64,000 bases of DNA, from assembly GCA_964630975.1 (NCBI GenBank), contig CAZVVY010000001.1, positions 2,610 to 66,609 of the forward strand, written 5' to 3'. Positions within the stretch are counted from its first letter, which is position 1, and each line of letters opens with the position of its first letter. Shown in pieces: positions 25,340 to 33,970 of this stretch. The stretch is from Candidatus Micrarchaeota archaeon. Lineage in GTDB: Archaea; Micrarchaeota; Micrarchaeia; Norongarragalinales; Norongarragalinaceae. Both the position numbers and the translations under genes were made by a program. The notes under the pieces are model-generated. The model did no database searches and was not told the DNA's origin. It saw nothing but the letters and a program-made list of their open reading frames with translations.

Positions 25340-27096
25340 TTCACGGTCACCGACTTTGCGAGGTTGCGCGGCTTGTCCGCGTCGTTGCCGCGCGCCTTGG
25401 CCGCGTAATACGCTATGAGTTGCAAGGGCACCGTTTCAAGCAAGGGATAAAACAATTCGTCGCTCGGCTTCGGCAGGCGAACAAAGCGGTCGTACGCCTC
25501 GTTCTCCTCGCTGCTTACTCCTACGAGTACCGCTCCGCGCGCCTTCGTTTCGATTCCGTTGCTCAACGCCCCGTCGTGAGTGTAATCCGGGGGGTTGAGT
25601 AGGACTACGGGCGTGCCTTCCTCTATGAGTGCGAGAGTGCCGTGCTTCAATTCTCCGGCAGGCATTCCTTCCGCGTGAACGTAACTTATTTCCTTGAGTT
25701 TGAGTGCGCCCTCAATCGCTATTGCGTAGTTGACTCCGCGGCCGAGATAATAGGCGTGTTCCTTGCCGGCAACCCATTCGCCGAGTTCCCTGCACTTTTC
25801 GATGTTGTCGTCAATCGTTTTCTGTATGAGGGGCGCCGCCTCCAACACTTTTTTCTCGCCTTCTTCAAGTTCGCCCTTCAAGGCGTAGGCCGCAAGGTAG
25901 AAAGCGGCGACTTGGTTGAGGAACGCCTTTGTCGAGGCGACCCCTATTTCGGGGCCGCAATTGATGTGAATGCTTTCATCGCTTGCGCGGTCTATTGAAG
26001 AGCCCGCCACGTTGACTATTGAAAACACTTTGAGGCCGCGCTTCTTGGCTTCGCGGATGCACTCCATGGTGTCCGCGGTTTCCCCGCTTTGCGACACTGC
26101 GACGAGCACCGCGTCCTCGGGAGTGTTGTGCGCGAAATAAGGGTATTCGCTTGCAATCATTACCTCTATCCGCTTTCCGGCAACGCGGTCCAACACGTGT
26201 TTCCCGACGACCGCGGCGTGGCGCGCCGTGCCGCACGCGACCGCTATCACGGGCCTGTCCCGAATGCCTTCGGCGAACCTCCTTATCGCTTCGCCGTCGT
26301 TTGCAAGCAAGGCCTTCAAGGTTTGCGGCTGTTCCATTATTTCCTTTAGCGTATAATCGCCTTCGGCTTTTGCGTCTTCCGCGTTCCAATCCGCTTCGTG
26401 CACTTCCTTTTCAATCGGCGACCAATCGTCCGTCCGGTAAAAAGAAGCGCTTTCCCCGGTCAACACCGCGGACTCGCCGTCCTCCAAGTAGGCGACGCGC
26501 CGCGTGTACTCGAGCAAGGGCAGGGAATCGCTTGCCGCGAAAAACTCTTTTTTCCCGCCAATGCCTACGAGTAAAGGGCTCTCGTTCCTGCAGCAAACGA
26601 TTTTTCCGGGTTCCCGTGAGGATATTACGAGCAATGCATACGACCCCTTCAGTTTTTTCACGGCTTTTTGAACCGCTTTTTCAAGGGAGCCCTCCCAACC
26701 GTCGGCAATCAAGTGCGCGATTACTTCGCTGTCCGTGTCCGACTCGAACTTTTTTCCTGCCAACCCTTTTTTGAGTTCCTGAAAGTTTTCGATGATTCCG
26801 TTGTGTACGAGCGCGATTTCCCCGGACTCGTCAGTGTGCGGGTGAGCGTTCGCCTTCGTAACCCCGCCGTGCGTAGCCCAACGGGTGTGCGCTATGCCTC
26901 CCGAGCCCTTCATTTCCTCGAAGTGAAGCGATTCGTTCAATTCTTCTATTTTTCCCTTGTCTTTCCGTACTTCGACCGCGCCGTTTACCGTTGCAATGCC
27001 CGCGCCGTCATACCCGCGATACTCCAGTTTCTTTAAGCCCTTGAACAATACTTCCCCCGCTTTTCGCGGTCCGATATACCCTACTATGCCGCACAT
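25336..27096 (-). CDS. glmS: Glutamine-fructose-6-phosphate aminotransferase
   Basis: MCGIVG start, LEYRGYD, HTRWATHG, SQSGETADT, PRNLAKSVTV. Confidence 0.97.
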   Translation of the reverse strand: MCGIVGYIGPRKAGEVLFKGLKKLEYRGYDGAGIATVNGAVEVRKDKGKIEELNESLHFEEMKGSGGIAHTRWATHGGVTKANAHPHTDESGEIALVHNGIIENFQELKKGLAGKKFESDTDSEVIAHLIADGWEGSLEKAVQKAVKKLKGSYALLVISSREPGKIVCCRNESPLLVGIGGKKEFFAASDSLPLLEYTRRVAYLEDGESAVLTGESASFYRTDDWSPIEKEVHEADWNAEDAKAEGDYTLKEIMEQPQTLKALLANDGEAIRRFAEGIRDRPVIAVACGTARHAAVVGKHVLDRVAGKRIEVMIASEYPYFAHNTPEDAVLVAVSQSGETADTMECIREAKKRGLKVFSIVNVAGSSIDRASDESIHINCGPEIGVASTKAFLNQVAAFYLAAYALKGELEEGEKKVLEAAPLIQKTIDDNIEKCRELGEWVAGKEHAYYLGRGVNYAIAIEGALKLKEISYVHAEGMPAGELKHGTLALIEEGTPVVLLNPPDYTHDGALSNGIETKARGAVLVGVSSEENEAYDRFVRLPKPSDELFYPLLETVPLQLIAYYAAKARGNDADKPRNLAKSVTVK

Positions 27097-27123
27097 TTTG
27101 AATCCTCCTTTCTTTGTGGGAAT

Positions 27124-27206
27124 GCGGCGCAAAAGGGGTTTTTACCCCCGTTGCCCGCCAAAGTCTCTCTCAGGTTTCGACTTATGCAACGCTTATGCTC
27201 CGCCGC
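27124..27206 (-). promoter_or_regulatory. Candidate structured RNA leader upstream of glmS
   Basis: Nested perfect stems GCGGCG/CGCCGC, CGUUGC/GCAACG, AAGUC/GACUU and GGGGU/ACCCC followed by UUUU. Confidence 0.45.
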
Positions 27207-27322
27207 GTTTAAAAGGTGCGCTCAAAAATTTTTTTGAATTTTCAGGGCCCGGAAAAACCTTTTAATAACTTTAAACTACTTTTATTAAAAAATAGTTGAT
27301 AATAGTATTAAGGTGGTTGTAT

Positions 27323-28213
27323 TTGATTGTCTTGTCGGACGGCAAATTCGTTGACGCTTCCCAAGTAAGCGCCGAATCCTTTTCAGTGCTCTCAAAAGAC
27401 CGTTTGCGCATACTGCGCGCCCTCGCCGAAAAGCCGCAGTACCCCGCGCAACTCTCTCGCTCCCTGGGAATCCAACAACAAACCGCGTATTACCACGTGC
27501 GCCTGCTCGCTGAAGCCGGCTTGATTAGCGTGGAGGACTACGAGGAGAAAGGGGGCGCGCTTGCAAAGCGCTATTCCGTGAAAGCGGACGCGCTAGCCCT
27601 CGTGTTGCGCGGGGACTGGAAGCCGTTCCGCGACCGCACCGGCAAGCCGCCGTCCTTCCTGGCGCCCTTCATCAACCGGGGCACGCTGGACGCGCGCCTC
27701 GTCATCGGATCTCCCGAACCCCACGGCAAGTACCGCGCGCGGGCAAGCGAATTCTGCGTTGCCGAACTGGGGGCGTGGCTCGGGTCCTTCGCCGCCGTAA
27801 AACACCCGTTTTATTACTTGGATACCGAGCTCGACGAGGCACGCAAGCGCGAGTCCTTGTTCGTGGTCGGCGGCCCCAAAGTCAACACTTTCCTGTCCGA
27901 AATCAATTCCTCTTTGCCGATTCGCTTCAAGGCCAACTCGTTCGAAGTGTATTCCTCGCTTTCAAAGAAGAGTTATGCCGAAGAAGTCGGCGTAATCCAG
28001 TGTGTCCCAAACCCCTTCAACGAGTCCAAGCAATTGTTCGTTGTTGCGGGGAGCAGGCACCACGGCACGCGCGTGGCCGCATTGGCGTTGAAGCGCGAAG
28101 CGAAAAAACTCGCAAAAAACAACCTCTTTGATTCAAGTGTTTTCGCTCGCGTGGTTCAAGGGTTCGACGAGGACGGCGACGGCGTGGTCGACGAAGTCGA
28201 GATACTCGAGTAA
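27323..28213 (+). CDS. ArsR-like wHTH regulator with S-layer-like C-terminal domain
   Basis: RLRILRALAEKPQYPAQLSRSLG...YYHVRLL; C-domain VVGGPKVN, VAGSRHHGT; AGGTGG SD before TTG. Confidence 0.8.
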   Translation: MIVLSDGKFVDASQVSAESFSVLSKDRLRILRALAEKPQYPAQLSRSLGIQQQTAYYHVRLLAEAGLISVEDYEEKGGALAKRYSVKADALALVLRGDWKPFRDRTGKPPSFLAPFINRGTLDARLVIGSPEPHGKYRARASEFCVAELGAWLGSFAAVKHPFYYLDTELDEARKRESLFVVGGPKVNTFLSEINSSLPIRFKANSFEVYSSLSKKSYAEEVGVIQCVPNPFNESKQLFVVAGSRHHGTRVAALALKREAKKLAKNNLFDSSVFARVVQGFDEDGDGVVDEVEILE

Positions 28214-28822
28214 TCAGAATGCGTCCGCATAGGAAACGAGCCGAACTCCTTCCAGAATGCTTTCGACTTCTTCGGAGTTGCATAACTCCAATTCTTTTTC
28301 GCGCTCTTCGTTCTTGGATGAATCGCTTTCCGCGTCGAAGTAACCGGGGTGCACCGCCCACTCGGTTACTCCGTCCGGCAAGGCCTTCAACGATTCGAGC
28401 ACTTCGTCCGCTTCCTTGCCCAACGAATGAAAATAGTTGTCGGGCGCGTTGATTCCGAGCGAGCGGTAAAAATCGCGCGACTCCTTTTTGGTGGAGCGCA
28501 AGGGCAACGCGTTTTCGGCGGCGAAGCGCGCAACGCCTTCAAGCGCCCAATCCTCTTCGTGAACCCATTTGTGGGAGTCGAGATGGGTGGGCAAGCCGTA
28601 GACGCGGGTGAATTCATTGAACTGTTTTTCGGCTTGGGCGTAAGCGTCGCCCCCCCTTAGTTCGAGGTGTAACCCGATTCCACACCCTTTTTCCATCAGG
28701 CGCAGGTCGGCGAACGGCCGTTCAATCATTACGCTGGCACTAGTTATTCGCGCGTCGAGTATTCCGTCGTTGAAGCGCGGGGCGTACCCGTAATCGTCGG
28801 CGTTGATTATGAGTTTCTTCAT
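28214..28822 (-). CDS. YdjC/ChbG family carbohydrate deacetylase
   Basis: INADDYG, GLHL, PTHLDSHKWVH, EWAVHPG. Confidence 0.9.
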   Translation of the reverse strand: MKKLIINADDYGYAPRFNDGILDARITSASVMIERPFADLRLMEKGCGIGLHLELRGGDAYAQAEKQFNEFTRVYGLPTHLDSHKWVHEEDWALEGVARFAAENALPLRSTKKESRDFYRSLGINAPDNYFHSLGKEADEVLESLKALPDGVTEWAVHPGYFDAESDSSKNEEREKELELCNSEEVESILEGVRLVSYADAF

Positions 28823-29910
28823 AAGAGTGCTTCGGCCTCGCGAACCATTTGGAGCTCTTCGTTTGCAGGGATTACGAGGATTTTGACGCGGCCGCGCGAA
28901 ACAAGGTTTTGGCCTTCCTCGTTTTTTTCTTCGTCCAATTCAACTCCGAGAAAAGACAAGGGCTCGCAAATCATTTTGCGGAGGCGCGAATCCTTTTCCC
29001 CGCCGCCGCCCGTGAAAACGATGCAATCCAAACCGTTCATTGCGGCGGCGTAAGCGCCCACGTACTTGGTTGCGCGGCGAGCGTACACTTTGAGCCCGGC
29101 CAGCGCCTCGGAGCTCCCTTCGTCAACCGCTTTCCAGGCGTCCCGCAAGTCGTTTGAGCCGCACAACGCCTTTAAGCCGCTTTCCTTGTTTAACGTTTTT
29201 TCGGCTTCGCGCGCGTTCACGCCTTCGGCCCCGCAAATAAATGGAATTATGGAGGGGTCTACGTCGCCGCTTCGAGTCCCCATTACGAGGCCTTCGAGGG
29301 GTGTGAAGCCCATACTGGTATCCACGCTTTCCCCGTTTTTGACGGCGGTAATGCTGGCGCCGTTTCCGAGGTGCAGGACAACCGTTTTTTCGGGCGGTGC
29401 GCCGAGTAATTCCGCGGCCCGCGAAACGCACCACTTGACGTTGGTGCCGTGGAACCCGTACCTGCGCACCCCGTATTCCTCGTAAAACTTTTTAGGTATG
29501 GCGTAAAGGAACGCCTCTTTTTCGAGGGTGGAGTGGAAAGCCGTGTCGAATACCGCTACGTGTTTTGCGTCGGGCAAGCGCTTCAGGCACGCCTTCAAGC
29601 ATTCCAGGTTTGCCGGGTTGTGCAAAGGCGCGAGCGGAATGCAGTCCTGTATTGCCTTCAACACTTCGGCGTCCACCAAAGCGCTTTCCCTGAATTTTTC
29701 GCCGCCGTGAACCACGCGGTGCGCTACCGCGTCGAAACAGGTTACCGCTTTGCCCGATAATTCCGACAACGCTTTTTCGAGTGCGTCCGCGTGGCACTCC
29801 GCGCCGCCGCACCCTATGCGTTCCACTAAACCCTTGTGAATCAATTCGCCGCCTTCGAAAGCCGAGTACTTGAGCGAAGAGCTACCTGCGTTAATCGTGA
29901 GGGCGCGCAT
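28819..29910 (-). CDS. ackA: Acetate kinase
   Basis: NAGSSSLK, HRVVHGG, APLHNP, FDTAFH, RRYGFHG, HLGNGAS, TPLEG, NEE. Confidence 0.96.
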   Translation of the reverse strand: MRALTINAGSSSLKYSAFEGGELIHKGLVERIGCGGAECHADALEKALSELSGKAVTCFDAVAHRVVHGGEKFRESALVDAEVLKAIQDCIPLAPLHNPANLECLKACLKRLPDAKHVAVFDTAFHSTLEKEAFLYAIPKKFYEEYGVRRYGFHGTNVKWCVSRAAELLGAPPEKTVVLHLGNGASITAVKNGESVDTSMGFTPLEGLVMGTRSGDVDPSIIPFICGAEGVNAREAEKTLNKESGLKALCGSNDLRDAWKAVDEGSSEALAGLKVYARRATKYVGAYAAAMNGLDCIVFTGGGGEKDSRLRKMICEPLSFLGVELDEEKNEEGQNLVSRGRVKILVIPANEELQMVREAEALL

Positions 29911-30710
29911 TACTTGTTTTTACCCATCAGCAAGGATACTGCGATGCTGGTAATGAATGCAACCGCGGCGTCGGTCGCGAAGTATTCCTGGGAGAGAAGG
30001 GTTTCGAACGGTATTCGGCCCCAGTAGTGGCCGAGAACTATTGAAATCGCGAAGGCGGCTACTGCGGCGACCATCAAGTGCGCCAACCCCTTCTTGTAAG
30101 AAGAATAAGTGTTGCGTATGAAGAAGAATGCGGCGAGAAGGAAGCCGCCGACGAGCATCATTCCCACGTCGGCGTTGGGCGCGCTAATCGTTTTCGAGGT
30201 GAAGATTCCGAATTGGGCGATTATGAGGAGGCTTATAACGCTCGTCAAGTCGCGGTCTTTTGCCGCACTGAGGTGTTCGAGCAAGGTTTTTTCTTGGGTG
30301 CCCGCGGCGGCTTTTTCAGGTGCGGTTTTCTTGAGCACCGCTTCACCGCCCGTGGCTTCGGTGTGAGTGCTCTTCGTTTGCTTGAACGCGAAGAGCAAGG
30401 CGAAGAGGCCGGCTAACAACGCTATTGCGCCGATGGCGAGGACTTCGACTCTCATTCCCCCCGCGGAAAACCGCTTCAATAATTCGGGTGCGGCCAGGTA
30501 AAGGGATAACCCTACTATTCCCAACAACAAAAGCGATTTGAGATACCTCCAAATGAGGGAGCTGACGCCTGCGAACAAGCCGATGGTCAGGAGTACGGCG
30601 AGCGCGCCCAACGCAATTGAGGTGGGGTCGCCCGCCAACGCTTTTTCTATTAGGGTCGAGCCGTATTCTTGTGCTTGCACTGCAATCGAGGAGTAATCCA
30701 TTTCAACCAT
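29910..30710 (-). CDS. Hypothetical multi-pass membrane protein
   Basis: About seven hydrophobic segments; stop overlaps the ackA start. Confidence 0.75.
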   Translation of the reverse strand: MVEMDYSSIAVQAQEYGSTLIEKALAGDPTSIALGALAVLLTIGLFAGVSSLIWRYLKSLLLLGIVGLSLYLAAPELLKRFSAGGMRVEVLAIGAIALLAGLFALLFAFKQTKSTHTEATGGEAVLKKTAPEKAAAGTQEKTLLEHLSAAKDRDLTSVISLLIIAQFGIFTSKTISAPNADVGMMLVGGFLLAAFFFIRNTYSSYKKGLAHLMVAAVAAFAISIVLGHYWGRIPFETLLSQEYFATDAAVAFITSIAVSLLMGKNK

Positions 30711-30722
30711 TATCTTATTGCC

Positions 30723-31286
30723 TCAAGCGTTTAATAATTGCATTACCAGCAGGGTTGCGATTCCGGCCAACAACATTTTGGCTCCCCCGCGCACCCAACC
30801 CGTCTTCGAGTCGCGCCCCAACAGCGCGCCCAACGCGAACAACAAGGAGAAGCTTAGCGCGGTTGCCGCTTGATACGAGTAATCTATTTCTTGAATGAAG
30901 GCGAAAGGGGTTGCCACGATTAACACGGACAAGAACGGGGCGAACGCGTTGACGGTTGCAGTCGCCTTTGCCGCGAAGTCGTATGCCTTGCCCAAGTCGC
31001 TGTTCTTGAGTCCGCGCATCAACTGCTTCTCCATTTCCCTGCGCTCTTTAGTCCTCTCCGCTTCTTCTGCCACGAAAGCGCCGGTGGCCCCCGAGAAGCC
31101 GAGCGCTATTGCAGTACTGAAACACAGCAAGAGCACGGTTTGCGGGTTTGTTATGCCTGCCGCTTTTGCGCCGAGTATTACTCCGAGCCCGGTCAGCACT
31201 CCGTCAAAAGAATTCATTACGGCGTAGCGGCGCGCGATTTTGGAGAAGCCCGTGAGCCCGTCGTAACGCCTTATTTTTTTAAGCAT
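30723..31286 (-). CDS. VIT1/CCC1 family metal transporter-like protein
   Basis: RRYAVMNSFDGVLT, GAFVAEEAER; paired with DUF211. Confidence 0.82.
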   Translation of the reverse strand: MLKKIRRYDGLTGFSKIARRYAVMNSFDGVLTGLGVILGAKAAGITNPQTVLLLCFSTAIALGFSGATGAFVAEEAERTKERREMEKQLMRGLKNSDLGKAYDFAAKATATVNAFAPFLSVLIVATPFAFIQEIDYSYQAATALSFSLLFALGALLGRDSKTGWVRGGAKMLLAGIATLLVMQLLNA

Positions 31287-31569
31287 GTTTCAGGTGCGCT
31301 CCCGGCACTTCACCGCTGGAAACGTGGTCTACGCTGTGAATGCTTGCGCCCAGCGACTCGATTATGTTTTTTACTTCGGCGAAGTCCAGGTTTTTGCCGT
31401 TCACCATTATGCGCACGGTTTCAACCTTGCGGTCCACTTCGCGCACGAGCACGTCCACGCCTTTAACTCCCTTGCCTTCGCTTAACGCGAGGCAGAAGTC
31501 GATGATGGACGGTTCGTTGGGCTTTAAAACGTCCAACTCCAACAAGTTCAAGCCCTTCATCTCATTCAC
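31279..31569 (-). CDS. DUF211 family protein
   Basis: LDVLKPNEPSI...EVDRKVE...GASIHSVDHV. Confidence 0.88.
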   Translation of the reverse strand: MNEMKGLNLLELDVLKPNEPSIIDFCLALSEGKGVKGVDVLVREVDRKVETVRIMVNGKNLDFAEVKNIIESLGASIHSVDHVSSGEVPGAHLKHA

Positions 31570-31591
31570 TTTTACTCTTGCGCGCCTTATA

Positions 31592-31780
31592 TTAGTGGAG
31601 GCTGGCGTGCTCGAAGTGCTCCTTTAACGCGATTATAATCGAGTAAATGCCCGCCACTCCTACTGCAATGCCTTCGAACCCGTCGACTACTCCGTTGTAA
31701 AATAAGTAGATGCAGTACAATCCGGCAAGCGCCCCGAAAGCGTGCAATACGTCTTCAAAGTCGTCCACCCAGTCACTCAT
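31592..31780 (-). CDS. Small two-TM membrane protein
   Basis: 62 aa, two hydrophobic helices, follows a TATA-like element. Confidence 0.6.
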   Translation of the reverse strand: MSDWVDDFEDVLHAFGALAGLYCIYLFYNGVVDGFEGIAVGVAGIYSIIIALKEHFEHASLH

Positions 31781-31833
31781 ACCCTTTTACTTAGGGCAAC
31801 GCTTTAAAAAAACGTTGTTTTATTGGTATTTGT

Positions 31834-32325
31834 ATGAAACACGGGCTATTGTTTGTTGCGGTAACACTATTATTGTTCGGTTGCCTGGAAATCCAAACCG
31901 AGGAAGGTCTCGACAAGTGGACTCCGGCAGGCGAAGCCGCGTTGACTTACGAGCCGCCCGAAGAACCGGTTCCCTCGCCCAGCGCCGAAGCCACCCCGTC
32001 GGCTTCGCCGGACGCATCCCCTTCAATAGATGCGACTCCTTCGCCGTCGCCTTCCCCGGAACCCGTTTCGTGCACGGTTCTCACTTCGGGCCAGGACGTG
32101 GGCTCCATGAAGAAGCGCATAGTCGTGCGCTTCACGCAGGAAGTTTCGGACGCGGAAATGCGTTGCCATTCCACTCGCAGCTGGCAAAACCTCGAACTCG
32201 AAGAAATGAGCGGCGGCGACTACCAGGGCTTCGTGGACTGCTCGTATACTTCGACGGGCTCCTACCGCGCAATGGCCGAAGGCGGCGGCACGGACTGTGA
32301 AGTCGAATTCGACTTGGAAGAATAG
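31834..32325 (+). CDS. Putative lipoprotein with Pro/Ser linker
   Basis: Lipobox-like LLFGC; PSPS-rich linker; four-Cys C-terminal domain. Confidence 0.72.
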   Translation: MKHGLLFVAVTLLLFGCLEIQTEEGLDKWTPAGEAALTYEPPEEPVPSPSAEATPSASPDASPSIDATPSPSPSPEPVSCTVLTSGQDVGSMKKRIVVRFTQEVSDAEMRCHSTRSWQNLELEEMSGGDYQGFVDCSYTSTGSYRAMAEGGGTDCEVEFDLEE

Positions 32326-32386
32326 TCAGCACTCAAGGTCTTCTTCACTGCCTTTCGGCTCAGGACTCATACGCTGTCATCACTAA
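32323..32386 (-). ncRNA. Box C/D methylation guide sRNA
   Basis: C box GUGAUGA, 13-nt guide, D' CUGA, GCC-GAAA-GGC hairpin, C' GUGAAGA, 12-nt guide, D CUGA, terminal UAG/CUA stem. Confidence 0.88.
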
Positions 32387-32429
32387 TGCTTAAAGAATTG
32401 TTTTTATTGCTTTAACTCGTTTTGTTTGC

Positions 32430-33569
32430 GTGGGAAAAAAAGCGTTTTTTTTCGGGTTATTCGTTGCCCTAGCAACCGCGGCACCACAAAACTTTTTCAA
32501 CCCTTCCAACTCCTCTTCGTGGGGAAACGAGTTTTACGCTTCTTCCTTTCCCGAATTTTTGTTCGACTCACCCAACGACTTGGCGGCATTCAAGTTCTAC
32601 GTCAACTCCACGGTTTCGCCGGACTCGGCTTGGCTTTACGCTAACCGGACCCCCGCGGGTTTTATGCCGGTGCCACCGGTTTACGCCAATGTTTCAATTC
32701 AGGGAGCCGGCGTAACGGAGCCCGACGGGTTACTCGGATTGGTTTTATGTTTACGAAAACGTTTCCGCGAACGACGGGAGCAGTTACTCTTTCAACCCGC
32801 AACACGTTTTTGCTTTGGCGGGCCAGTACTCGTCCGGCGTTGACTCAAACTTTTCGTCGCCGCTTGCCACGGTTTCAATAACTTTACTATACTGCAATCC
32901 TTCGGCGACGGCTCTTCTTCAAAGCCTTCGCCTACGCCCACCGAAGAGCTGGGGGGGGGAAGGCAAGGGAGCGGAAACGAAGGAAGGAGAGAGCCCGGTT
33001 GACTCGGGCGGCTCCGGCCCCCTGCCCCGCCCTCGCCTTCGCCAACACCCCCCGCCCCTTCAACGGAGCCGGTTGAATCCGTTGTTTCGGGCGAAGCGTT
33101 TTACTGCGTTGAAAGCGACGCGCAAGTAGTGGAAATAAGGCGTTCGGTTACGGTCCTGCGCGGCGACGGCGGCGTTGAAGAAACCTTCGTAGGCTTGTCG
33201 GTGAAAAACCTGGGCAAGGAAGCGGTTCACGACTTCGTGTTAGAAGAATACTTGCCGAAAGGCGGCGGCTTCGAGTTTGCGGCGCCGCCGGACGGTGGAA
33301 ACGAGTCCTCGGTTTACTGGGTTTTGGAGTCGTTGTCCCCCGGCGAAGAAAAAACCATTGCTTATTCGGCTGAAAAAGCGTTTTTCCCCGAAGAATTTTC
33401 GGCACCGCCCAAAACCGTGAAAGCCGAAGCAAACCCGTTATTGTACTTGTTGTTCGCCGAAATACTCGTGGGCGCGCTCGTCGTTTTCGCGGCGAGAAAG
33501 ATAAGGCGCGCAAAGCCACGCGTTAAGGAGATGGGTAAAAAAGGGCGCCGCTCAAAGCGCAAGCGTTAA
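32430..33569 (+). pseudogene. Frameshifted secreted, C-terminally anchored surface protein
   Basis: Signal peptide in ORF 32430; continuation YSDWFYVYENVSAND in the +1 frame; PSPSPTPP linker, Ig-like domain, TM and basic tail in ORF 33129. Confidence 0.65.
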
Positions 33570-33928
33570 CAAACGTAGTAGCCGCGGGCAAGCATTTGCA
33601 CGCAGTAATCGCTGGGGCCGCCATAAGACTGCCGGGGCGCGTAAGCGTAAGACGGAGCAGGGTAATGCCCGCTTGAAGAATACGCGTATCCGTTGCCCGA
33701 ATAAGCATAAGAGTAAGAGTAAGCGTTTTGCGGGTATTGATAGCGGGCCGGGTAATAGCGCGGCGCGTAATACGCGGGCGGCGCATGCGCGTGGTATTGG
33801 TAGTCCGGTGGGTTGGTCCCGAATTGCAGGGGCCCTAACGCGAACCACCACGGGTCCACTTCGTTGTAAGCGTTGGCAAAAGGCGCGAGCGCGCCCAAGG
33901 CAAACAATGCAATCAACAGTTTTTTCAC
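33566..33928 (-). CDS. Small secreted Tyr/Pro/Ala-rich protein
   Basis: Signal peptide KKLLIALFALGALAPFANA, then YYAPRYYPARYQY-type low complexity; two C-terminal Cys. Confidence 0.7.
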   Translation of the reverse strand: MKKLLIALFALGALAPFANAYNEVDPWWFALGPLQFGTNPPDYQYHAHAPPAYYAPRYYPARYQYPQNAYSYSYAYSGNGYAYSSSGHYPAPSYAYAPRQSYGGPSDYCVQMLARGYYVC

Positions 33929-33970
33929 TATTCCCACCAAGTAACATTCGTGTTTTACTGGTTTAAAACC

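Noticed and set aside
27124..27206. Canonical glmS ribozyme
   Set aside because: Core AGCGCC...GACGAGG sequence is absent; kept only as an unclassified structured leader
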